From positions 5,952,001 through 6,016,000 of the forward strand of contig NC_087437.1 of the NCBI RefSeq assembly GCF_036321535.1: DNA of 64,000 nucleotides, given 5' to 3'. The position numbers and the translations under genes were made by a program. Positions 1 to 10,396 of the stretch are shown here, in pieces. The notes beneath the pieces are model-generated. The model made no database searches and was not told where the DNA came from. It saw only the letters and a program-made list of their open reading frames with translations. Position 1 is the first letter of the stretch; every line of letters starts with the position of its first letter. This DNA is from Camelus dromedarius. Lineage: Eukaryota.

Positions 1-67
1 GCCAGCACCTTGTGTGCCCACCCCCGGTGGAAACAAGTCAAGCTTCGTTCTCAGTTTCAATGAGTCT

Positions 68-73
68 TTTATT
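68..73 (-). terminator. Polyadenylation signal AATAAA
   Basis: Plus-strand TTTATT at 68-73. On the mRNA strand it is followed ~25-35 nt later by a U/GU-rich TTGACTTGTTT. Confidence 0.7.
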
Positions 74-1888
74 ATAATCATACTGGATGGGGTCACTTTG
101 CCCAACAGATAAGTCATTTCTTAAATCAACATGAGTTACAGAGTAAAGATGAGTGAGAAAAGCAGCGATCGGACAGAAACAGCACAGCTGCGTATCCCGT
201 AAATCAAATGAGCTGTGCCCCTGGGAGGAGCGTGATCATGACAGCTTTTACATCAAAGTGGTCTCCAGCCTGTTTACAAGAACATTGTATTTTTAACACC
301 GTAAAAAGAGAGCTTTTGAAAGTAACACCTGGGAAGCTGGTTTGGCCCGTGCGAAGGAAGCCCGGCTTCAGCTGCCTACTCCCTCCTCCCAGCCTCCACC
401 CCCGCCTCCCCTACGGCCTCCCCCAGGCCCTGCTCTGGACCCATGGGCAGCCAGGTAGGGACCTGTGGGGCAGGAGGGATGGGATGGCCGCAGGTGCTCC
501 AGGACAGCCCCTCAGAACACGGGGACACGGGCCTCCACACACCCTTGTTCCGTAATGACCCCCGGGGGCAACTTCTTAGAGAAACACTAACATAAAAACA
601 AAAAATAATTGTGGCCACCTCTGGCAGGCTGTCGTAACTGTCACTGAGTTTTCCATTTGTCCGTCGTCTCTGACAAAGGAGAGGCATCGTTCGTGTTAGT
701 GGCGGGGACCGGAGCACACGAGTCAGCTCAGCTGTGGGCAGACAAGGCCGGTCACGGGGGTCCTGGTTTCCTTTTAGTCACATTTACTCTGCAAAGATGT
801 TACTTCTTGTCAGACTGCAGTTGGCAGGGGAGATGAGCAGGAGGTCATCTTTGGAAGAATAATCCAGCACAATTAACTGTTTGAAGTGTTACGCGACCCC
901 TTGGCATACACACGAGGTAAGGCAAGTCAGAGTGACTTTCTTGATTCTGTAACTCGCAACTATAACGTACAGAGATCCATCTTAACTCAAATTTCCAAAC
1001 AGATCTGAGAGGAATGGAGAAATGGGGCATGTATAAAAAAAGAGGAAGACAATGAGACTTAACCTATACCTGACCTCTTGAAAATATATTTAACTGCTAA
1101 ACATCAAAACAAGAGAAGCTTCCAATGATTACCATATTTGTTAAAGAAAAACTTAAAGGCTTCATATATTCAGGATTTTAAAAAAATGTGCAACAAAGCA
1201 TAACTACTTGATAAAGTAATAAAAAGGAAGGAAAACGTATTCTTTAAAAGCACTGTAACTAATAAAAAGGCAAATGGTGCTTAACTCTGAAGAATAAAAA
1301 CAAGTCTCTTAAAAAAAAATAAGACAGTAATACAATCATGAACCCCATGAACCTATGGGAATTTGAGGGCGCCCCTCCCACGCCCCACTCCCCCTCGTGG
1401 GTTTCTTTTCTCTGAGGAGGGAGCGGCCCTGGGGGGAGGGGGCAAGAAGCGACACTCGGAGTGACCCCCTGGTTCTCACTGGGTGGGGGGCACCGGCGCG
1501 GAAGCATAGATGGGGCACCAGCCCTGGCACGCTGGCGGGGGAGGGGCACTAGCCTCGAGCCTTGCGGGTGTGCTGGGGGTCTGGCGCCCCCGTGGCCCAG
1601 CTGTCAGGGGATAGCTCCACACTGCCTGCCTCCTGCCAGGTCCTGCACAGCCGCCGGGCCACTTGCCATGTGGGGACCTCAGGAGCTCACGGGTGTCATC
1701 CAGGGGTCGTGTAGGTGGCAGCCCCCTACTCAGGGTGTCATCCCCACCGGGTGCCGAGTGGACCACTCAGGGTCAGGAGCTGGAGAGCCGTCAGTGCACC
1801 TCAGTCATGGCGGAAGGCAGACGGCCCTGTCATCTGAGCCGCTGGGTCAGGAGGAGGCTTCCCTGCTCCAGTTAAGAGCCAGATGGAA

Positions 1889-1991
1889 GGAATGGGGGTG
1901 TAGCTCAGGGGCAGAGTGTGTGCTTGGCGTGCACGAGGTCCTGGGTTCGCTCCCCAGGGCCCCTGTTAAGGGGAAAAAAAAACCCAACTTA
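1889..1991 (+). mobile_element. tRNA-derived SINE (Vic-1-like) inside the 3'UTR, antisense to the mRNA
   Basis: A-box TAGCTCAGGGGCAGAG, B-box-like GGTTCGCTCCCC and an A tail. Decayed flanking repeat AGAGCCAGATGGAA/AGAGCTAGTTAGAA. Confidence 0.85.
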
Positions 1992-3501
1992 TAGAGCTAG
2001 TTAGAACTCTCTCCACAGTGGCTGACTCGAGGCACTGATGTTTTTTGGAGGGTTCTCTGTACGTCTACAGAGAAACCCATGGTGAGCAGAGCTGGGGCAG
2101 GGGCATGGTGGGGAGATCTCTTCCTTCACACCCAGCTCCTCCCTTGTTGCCATGAGAGCTTTTACTGCCCAGAGGCCTTGCCGTCCTGGCAGAAGCCCAG
2201 GGCACTGGCTGGTCCCCCCGGTGGAGGTGACAGGGCACTGGGTCACCCGGTCAGGAGCTGCTCGGGCAAGGAGGGGGACAGTGTCCTCTCCCAGACCCTT
2301 CTCCTCCAGGGGAGAAACAGCTCCGGTGGTGCCTTATGACCCCAACGGTTCCCTAAGCTGCCCACCAACGGGAAATCTCTGCTCTGTGCAGGAGCCCTGG
2401 TCCGGCCCCGGGGGTGGTGCCTGGGGTGCCTGGCAGCTCCCACACTTGGCTCCCACAGAAGCCTGCATCCTCCTGGCACCCGGAGAGCTCTCGAGGAAGC
2501 CCTGGTCCCCCAGGTCCAAGTCCCTGTTCCCACTCCTGTAAGGCCGGTGGGAGCTCCCGACTCTGGGTGGGAATGAGCCTGGGTTTCCCCCTTTACAGTT
2601 GACAGGGGGACACGGCCCCCACACGACAGAAACTCTATTGGAGAATCGGCCGTCTGAAAGATGTTAATCCCTTAACGTCAGAGTCACATTTTCCTATTCA
2701 AGGAAGGAACATTCTTACAACTTTGGAAATGAGTGTGGCAAAGACTGGCGTGAAGTGACCTCCTTTCTGGCTGTGAAGGATTCTAAAGGGTGAAGTGCAA
2801 TCGTTTCAGGAGGGGCACCGATGGCCAGAGCTGATCTGGCCTGAGGTTTGGAAGTATCTTCTTTAATACATGAAAGTACTCTAAGCCGCTTCACGCCTAA
2901 ATACGATCCCTAAGTTTAGACCCTGTTCCCAAGGATCACTGTAACTTCCTGCGAGGCTGCTTCCAGCCCATTCCTGGAATCCACTAGTTCTAGTCCATTT
3001 GGTTGCATCTGGCTCTGCTGTGTGGCTTCCTGGGGGAGGAATGAAGGAGAAAATAGGCTGAGAGCTTCAATTTCCAGAGGGAACGTTTTCTTGCTGTCAG
3101 TGAGATTTCCTCTGCCCGACGCTGGGGGAGGGAGGACCTGGAACTACCCCCTTCCTCCTCCGGACACACCTGGTGGCGTGACGACCCCTTCTTGGCTGCG
3201 GAGGAGGGGATGGGGGAGTGAATCTTGCTGAGGTGTGGTCTTTTTTGAGTGTGACACTGGGTACCTGACCCAGCTCCACCCCAGAGCGAGGGTGGGTGGG
3301 GTGAGCGACTGCCGGAAAGCCCTGGTTGTGTTTTGGGGGAGGTCTGTCCATCTGCACGCTCACTGGCCCCCTGCCTTTCTCTGCAGGGCTCCTGGGGCCG
3401 CACTAAGGCCACATGCACACTGGGAAGAGGCTGGGTTTCAGAGGCACGTCTCCCGGGGGGCCGGGGTGGGGCCTTGGGCGGCGGAGGTGGCCAGGCGGCT
3501 G

Positions 3502-3783
3502 TCAGAGGTCCAGGGGGCTCACGATGGTGAAGCCCGAGTCCTTGCTGTGGCTGCTGCTGTCGTCGTCGGGGCTGGAGCTGGGGTTGCTGGAGGAGGCCGA
3601 GGCCGGGCCGGTCAGTGGGTCGGAGAACACCAGGGTGGGCCGGGCTGAGCTCCGGATGGGGCGCAGGGGCTGGGCCTGGCCCGACAGGGGCACCCTGGGG
3701 CTGCCCCCCTCATCTTCCTTGGAGAGGAGGATGAAGTCGTCCATGCCGCCTCCATCCGTGCGCCCTGGCGCAGCCGCAGGGGC
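3502..3783 (-). CDS. TBC1D5: TBC1D5 last coding exon (C-terminal tail with LIR motif), 93 aa + stop
   Basis: Acceptor ...CTGACTCCTTCCCAG|GCC (AG at 3784-3785), phase 0. Translates APAAAPGRTDGGGMDDFILLSKEDEGG...LVFSDPLTGPASASSSNPSSSPDDDSSSHSKDSGFTIVSPLDL* (TGA 3502-3504), matching the recalled TBC1D5 C-terminus ...SSPDDDSSKDSGFTIVSPLDI. Confidence 0.95.
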   Translation of the reverse strand, partial: APAAAPGRTDGGGMDDFILLSKEDEGGSPRVPLSGQAQPLRPIRSSARPTLVFSDPLTGPASASSSNPSSSPDDDSSSHSKDSGFTIVSPLDL

Positions 3784-4825
3784 CTGGGAAGGAGTCAGAG
3801 CACAGGAGGTGGGGGGTGGGCAGAAACAGGGAAAGGGGGGGCTGGGCGGGGCCTGTGGGATCCTCCCAGATGGGCATGCAGACGGGCGCACGGCCCCAGG
3901 GAGCAGAGAAGGCCTCCCGTGGGATGGGCTGTTGCCCGGCCTGACTCATCACCCCTTCACCTCGGGGTCGAGGTCTCTCATCTGCAGCCGGGAAGGATAA
4001 GCCCAGCGTTTCCATCTGCACCCCAGGGTGAGGTGACTGCGCAGGGAGTGATGTGCCCACATGTGAGGCCACAGGAGCCCCAAAGCTGGAGGGACATGAC
4101 TACTGCTTGCGGGAGGGAGTCAGGAGGGCCTAGCACGTTCCACCCGCTCCCCTACACCTCCCAGCCAGCTCGGCCTCTAGCTGTGCCCTTGGGGGTCTCC
4201 AGGGACAATGGTGGGGACTGGGGAGTTCTACAAACACATAAACCGAGAATGGTACTTTGCAAATAGTATAGAGATGGAATTGCTTTACTCTATAATTATT
4301 TCCCTTTCTTTCGAAGTAATTACGTGTTTTGTTTTTTAACTAAGGAAGCTGACATCCACGTACACTGGGAAAAGGTTTTGGGTTAAGATCAGAGATGCTC
4401 CTGCCAGCCCTGGGATGGAAGGGAAGCCACCGTCTGACCAAGGAGGTTGCACTGCCAGCGTGGCAGGAAAAGCCCCTCGCCTTGTGCGGTTAAGTGGATG
4501 TAATGCCCACGCCTGCCCCCTGCCCCATCAGCCTGCTCCCCCTGCAGCGGGCGGGGACGGGGGCAGGGTCTAAAGTCCAACAAGTGGTGTAGAGCCCCTT
4601 GGCTGGAAGGCCCCCAGGTCCTCTGGCCTCCAGCCTGGTATCACCGAGGCCACCTGTGGGCTGTGGGCAGAGCCTGGAAGGGAGCTGGCAATGCTTCTCA
4701 GGAAAATCCAGGCCCGATGGACAGACCCCTCTGAATCTGTCTCCTCAGTGACATGGGGAGCAAGTGGCTTCTTAACGGCTCAGGTGCCTACCCCTCTGAC
4801 AAGCTGCCTACCTCTAAGAGGTCGA

Positions 4826-4940
4826 GGTGGCAGAGCATCGCTCAGTGGTAGAGCACGTGCTTGGCATGCACAAGATCCTGGGTTCAATCCCCAGTACCTC
4901 TGTTATATAAATAATAAATAATCTTTTTTTTTAAAAAAAA
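4826..4940 (+). mobile_element. tRNA-derived SINE (Vic-1-like)
   Basis: GCTCAGTGGTAGAGCACGTGCTTGGCATGCACAAGATCCTGGGTTCAATCCCCAGTACCTC followed by an AT-rich tail. Confidence 0.9.
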
Positions 4941-6049
4941 GACAGGTTGACTTGGAGAACAGAAACAGAATTGGCACTAAAGATCCCAGTGCTGAGACAC
5001 CAGGCCTGGAGTTTCTTCGCCTCAAGTTTTGTAGCTGTTTACAGCCTATCGGCACATCAATTCCCAGAAAACGGAAGTGACCCGCGGCACCTGGCACCCT
5101 GGTCGCGGGGGACGTCATCTCAGGCAGCTCTGGGGCAGTCTGGTGGGAAAGATGCCTGTGTGAGGTGGCCAGGGCCGGGGCCCAGCCGTGCCCTCCCACC
5201 TCCAGACGGTGGATGCTCTGTCCATGGGACTGGTACCCCGCACCGGAGCCCTGAGAACCCTGCCCTCTCACCCCACACGGGGACTGGGGCTGGACTGCTG
5301 CCTGGCAGCGTTTGTCTTTGGTTGAAAACGGAGTGAGCACGTACAGCGGGTCCCCTGTTCAGAGCGGTGTCTCTGCCACAGAAGGGCTGCGAGAACCCAT
5401 CCCCCTTCAGTGCACAGTCGCAACAGGGGAAGGACTTGAAGAGGAGAAACAGGCTACAAACTTGTGACCAGAAGGAATGATGGCTCCTGCCAACACTAAT
5501 TATCTGGCCTGTTTCTGGAAAAGCAGTGGGTCTAAGTGGTAAGTGGTGGCTGACAGTGCCCTCCCCTGGTCCCCAGAGAAAGTCACGACTGGCTTAGACA
5601 AAGCACACTCGAGCTGACAGGGCCTCCGCAACCATCTCCCGTGCTCACCCCCGGCCCCTGTATCTTGCAGCCCAGGCCAGAGGCCTGGTGGCTTGGCTGC
5701 TGTCCCACCCTTCTGGACCCCCCGACCTGGAATTTTTTCCAGACACAAATCAGCTTGCTTTCTGGATTTTTACAGCTGCCTTGGTGACTACTTGGTGCCA
5801 CTTACATCCTTCACAGAAACTCTGTAAACCTCTGGGTCAGTCCTCTCTTTCTGCCAGACCCTGGCACATACAACACAATTTACAAAGTTTCTCAGCCTGT
5901 CAGTCCTGCCTCAAACAGGCCAGGACCACCGCCTGGGCCCCCTGGCCCCGCCTCATTTCTCAGCTTGATTTAGGATCGTGGTGGAAGCAGGTGAGTCCAG
6001 CTACTGATCAGTGCTCCGCAACAGTGGTGATCTACGCTGACGAAACGTC

Positions 6050-6215
6050 CCTCTCTGTGCTGTCTGGGCCAGGGGCCCCCTCCATGTGGACACTGAGCCC
6101 TGGAAGGGTGCCCAGTGTGACTGAGGAACAGACTTTTTAACTTTTAGTTCTTCTTAATCCTAATGAATTTAATTTGAATGTTAGGTAGACACATGTGGCC
6201 AGTTTTCCTGTAATA
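6050..6215. mobile_element. hAT-Charlie MITE relic (MER3/MER33-like)
   Basis: ATGTGGACACTGAGC...AGTGTGACTGAGGAACAGACTTTTTAA...TTTAATTTGAATG...CACATGTGGCCAGT resembles the recalled MER3 consensus. Confidence 0.55.
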
Positions 6216-7882
6216 GACCACATGGCTGCAGACCACGGATCAAAACAGAGGACCCAGTACCACCGAGGCATGTGGATGGGCTGCTTGACCAATGGGTCCA
6301 GGACCCTACATCATCCTGCCGTCTACTGCAGAGATCTGAGCAAAGTTCACCCCAAACAAAGGAGGGTGTGAGGAACAGACTCCAGAAGGGAGGGAGAGAA
6401 TACGGCTTTTTCAGTCTAGGGAATACGATTTCACCGCTGCTGTCGGCAGAGCTGGAGAGGAGATGTGTAAATGAGATGGAAAGAACAGCCACATCTCCAC
6501 CGACCTCCACTGGGGAGCGAGGGGGCCTACAAACCCACCAGGGAAGAGCGCTTTTCAGCTCCTGGCAGGAGGACCCTGAGCCCTCTGCCCCCAGGGGGCG
6601 GGCCCGGTCCTCTGGCATGGCAGGGGGTGAGGGGAGAAGGGCAGCCCTTCCCCACGTAACCCTACAGAGCTGAGAAGGCAGCAGTGGGGTCTGTGGGGTT
6701 TCAGAGGCACGAAGGTCTCTTGGAGCCTGCACGGGGGCTGGCCCTGCCGGGACGAGGGCATCACACTGGGTTCACTGGGGCAGCGGTGGCCACAGGAAAT
6801 TTCTTTCAAATATGAAAACTGGGAATGACGATGACAGAGCACAATTAAGAAGTTTTAAATTTAGCAAACTCGTTAGTGTCTTTGAAAGGTCTTTTTCTAT
6901 ATTTTCACCCAGTTAACCAAAACAACCACGCTATATTTTAAAATAAAACTGTCAATTAAAAATGATTGGTGGGGGCAAGCGTAAGCTCAATAACGCTTGA
7001 AGAGGTAAATAATTCTTAAAAATCAAATATCTGTGCATGGAAGGGGAATTTCGAGAAACTAATGCAGGTAACCTTGCGATGCTAACGCTGTATTCACGTG
7101 GCTAAAAGTGCAGACTCAAAATGCTCTCTGAAAACTTCCTTTTAGAGCTGGATGACATTAACCACACCGGGTTCTCTCTTCCTGCAGAGTACTCTCCAAA
7201 CAGAGAAACTCCCATTCTGAAGTGTCATTCTGCTTTTTAAAAATCATACAAAATACATAATTCATAATCCTCTGGATGCTAGTTTTTGAGAAACTTAGAT
7301 GAGATTTTGCTAATGTACGTTTTTCAAGACGAAACTCTGCAAACCATTTAGAAAGAACGTTATTAGGGAAATTCAGTCCCACCAACTAATGCGCAGGGAG
7401 GCCGTGTGGTGGGGCTGGAGCTGTTGGGACCGGGGTGGGGACCCCGCAAACCACGCCTGGGAAGCCTGTGTCTCCTCACTGGTGAGGCAAGCAGGTGGTT
7501 TTTAGGCAAGTGAAATATACTCCAGACAGCATGAGGAGAGCGTGGACAGTACTGCTTGTGCTAAAGGGGAAGGAGGCAGCAGCTGGAGGCAACTGACCAA
7601 GATCTGAGCAGAGATCCGGCTTTCTAACGCTGCATGAGGGGAATGGCAGGAAGCTCAGACCAAAGCTGCTGTGTACAGGTGTTTAGGTTGTGCACTGCAC
7701 AATTCCAGGGAGACGCTAGTCTAATTATTCCGAATGGCACTGCCTACCGCGTAGCTCTATGCAGCACCCCGGGCTCAGGTCACTCGTATTTTGCAGTTAA
7801 ACTTTGGTTGGGTTTTGTTATTCGTAACTTTGACTGTGCCCCCCTCATGGGAACATGACAGTGTTCATCAGCCCACCGGTAC

Positions 7883-7999
7883 CTGCTTGATGGCCCCAGG
7901 CCCTTGGTAGTGGTCATCTGAGATGGTGATCTGTGCGTTCTCTTCAGCCTCCAGCTGGCTCTGGTTGAAACGCAGGGAACCTTTGAGGATGTCTTTGAT
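7883..7999 (-). CDS. TBC1D5: TBC1D5 penultimate coding exon, 117 nt, phase 0-0
   Basis: Acceptor ...GGAAATAG|ATC, donor CAG|GTACCG. Translates IKDILKGSLRFNQSQLEAEENAQITISDDHYQGPGAIKQ, in frame with both neighbours. Confidence 0.93.
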
Positions 8000-8818
8000 C
8001 TATTTCCAAAGAGGAAGAAAACAAATGAGAAAGAGGAATGAGTTTGTTTTTAAACGTCCGCTAAACCTCTAATCCCTCCACACTAGCCTGGTCATTGACA
8101 ATTCCACTATAGCACAGGTGCGAATATCTTACCGTAAGAAAGAAAGAACAGAAAAAAAAATCCCAGTTCTATCAAAACCACCGATTTACGAACAGCCAAG
8201 GAAAACTTCTCAGTCATTATTAATGGCCAGGGGCAGACACGGGGTCACATCCTTGGCAGTTACCCTAAAGCAGAAGCACTCATGTCTGCTACTCGGCCCC
8301 TGGAACAGCCTTCAGCTCCTGAAGTGGCCCTGCCCCAGCTGAGGGTGCATAACCAGGCCGACACCGAGGGCCTGTGCTCTTTCCAGTGACATTCCTGTTC
8401 CACTTGGCCCTTCAAGGACTGAGTAAGTGCGGCCCTCAAGGGGCTGAGGCCTGACCTAGGAGGTGGTGATTTATGCCGTGTGCTCCCAGGGCCCTCATGT
8501 CTTTACGGTGAGTGACTGGACGTCAGCTGAAGCCCACACGCCACTGCAGCTTTGAGGAGGAGGAAAACAAAATGAGTTTGCCAAAAGGAAGCGGCGGGGT
8601 GGCAGATGAGAAACCAGTGTGGGCTGGGAGTCAGTCGGACATAAGGGCTGGAAGGAGCAGGGGCTGTAAGAAGGTGCGGAGTCAGGAGGGGCTCTCAGAG
8701 GAAATGTGGGGCCTGGGGATGCTGGCTCTGATGTCACCGGACCCTGCCCTGTGGTACCCTCTCCAGCAGGCACTAAAAGGGCAGCCTGGGGGACACAAAG
8801 TCAGATCCACGGACATAC

Positions 8819-8898
8819 CTGCTTTAATCCTGCCAGGGAAACCAGAATTTGGTCTTCTTTTTCCAAATTTTCTTGTAGTATCACATCTTGAATATTCA
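8819..8898 (-). CDS. TBC1D5: TBC1D5 coding exon, 80 nt, phase 1-0
   Basis: Acceptor TTCTCTTTTCAG|TG, donor CAG|GTATGT. Translates (V)NIQDVILQENLEKEDQILVSLAGLKQ. Confidence 0.95.
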
Positions 8899-9702
8899 CT
8901 GAAAAGAGAAGAATGACATTTTGTAACTACTGCTCTGAGCATGACTTATCTGCTGCCAAACCACAACCTGGGCAAGCCTGGGAATTTTTCTGCAAAATTT
9001 CACAGCAACTCTTCCACAAGGATGATGGGCCAGTGCCGGGATGCCGGCCTTTCCTGTGTGACATGCACATGTCATGTTACAGACAGGTGAGTCTCTCTTC
9101 CCCAGACAGACCAGGCCCCCTTGCTGACCTCTGACCTGGTGAGTGGCAGGGAGAACTCATCCAACGTCCGGGTGGGCTTCCTGCAGCACTGTCTCCCAGT
9201 TCAATGATGTTAACTCACCCCCTCTCTCTAAGGACCAGGTCCACCCAGGTGACTTAAAGACACCGTATTAAAAAATTTCAACAGTAAATCAGGCTGTCGA
9301 TTCAACGCAATGGTAACAATAAAAGGACAGACTCACGGCACTATGGCTGTCATCAGACCATGGTGCCCATGGAGTCAGCAGGACCTAACCCAGGGTCTGC
9401 ACGCAGCTTGGTCTCCGCAGGAGAAGCTGGCCTGGAGGCCTGGCCTCCACAGGAGAGGCTCTTCATCTGGACCTGATCTGAGGCCCCACCCAGCCAGCTC
9501 TTCCCACCAGCCTCAGCATCACACGGAGCTGCCCACCGACAGCTTCAGCACAGTGGACCTCACCTTCCCCCGCCCCCCGCGGGGTGCACCCAGCCCGACT
9601 GGTGACTGTGGCTTCCGAGGCGGGTGCCTAAGGAGGGAAGGCCCTCTCTCCTGGGGCATGCAGAGGACTGTGCTGGTGGGGGGGTGATTAAAACACATTT
9701 TT

Positions 9703-10396
9703 TTCCCCTTTTTAATTTAAGTATAATCAGTTTACAATGTTGTGTCAACTTCTGGTGCACAGCATCATGTTTCAGTCATACATATACATACATATATTCC
9801 TTTTCATATTCTTTTTCATTATAGGTTACTACAAGATACTGAACATAGTTCCCTGTGCTATACAGTATAAACTTGTTTATTTATTTTTATAAATAAATAT
9901 TTAATAAATAAAAAAGTTAGTATCTGCAAATCTCAAACTTCCAATTTATCCCACCCTCTCTCCCCACTGGTAACCATGAGTTTGTTCTCTATGTCTGTGA
10001 ATCTGTTTCTGTTTTGTACATAAGTTCGTGTCATTCTTTTTAAGATTCCACATATAAGTGATATCGTATGGTATTTTTCTTTCTCTTTCTGGCTTACTTC
10101 AGTTAGAATGACAAGCTCCAGGTCCATCCATGTTGCTGCAAATGGCATTATTTTATTCTTTTTATGGCTGAGTAGTATTCCATTGTATAAATATACCACA
10201 ATTTCTTTATCCAGCCATCTGCTAGACATTTAGGTTGTTTCCATGTCTTGGCTATTGTAAATAGTGATGCTGTGAGGATTGGGGTGCACATATCTTTTCG
10301 AATTAGAGTTTCCTCTGGATATATGCCCAGGAGTGGGATTGCTGGATCATATGGTAAGTCTACTTTCTAGTTTTTTGAGGAATCTCCATACTATAC
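9703..10396 (-). mobile_element. 5'-truncated L1 (ORF2 C-terminus + 3'UTR + tail)
   Basis: ORF 9933-10229 contains KIMPFAATWMDLELVILTEVSQKEKEKYH (L1 ORF2 C-terminus). TSD AACACATTTTT at 9692-9702 and 10397-10407. Confidence 0.92.

Larger units (their letters stand above)
50..3501 (-). other. TBC1D5: TBC1D5 3'UTR (~3.4 kb; 3' end approximate)
   Basis: Lies between the stop codon and the only minus-strand AATAAA I found in this interval. Mostly unique sequence, with U-rich blocks and one SINE. Confidence 0.7.

Noticed and set aside
2794..2800. miR-130/301 seed match (UUGCACU) in the 3'UTR
   Set aside because: A single 7-mer in 3.4 kb is expected by chance; conservation data are needed.
3784..3891. 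N-terminal part of ORF 3502-3891 as coding sequence
   Set aside because: It lies upstream of a clear acceptor AG at 3784-3785 and is the pyrimidine tract; TBC1D5 similarity starts at the acceptor.
3413..4000. 195-aa plus-strand ORF (and 3235-3648) overlapping the last exon
   Set aside because: Antisense shadow of a GC-rich coding exon; no recognisable protein, promoter or splice support.
6181..6732. 183-aa minus-strand ORF in the last intron as a possible alternative terminal exon
   Set aside because: No recognisable homology or convincing splice/polyA context; such lengths are expected by chance in GC-rich DNA.
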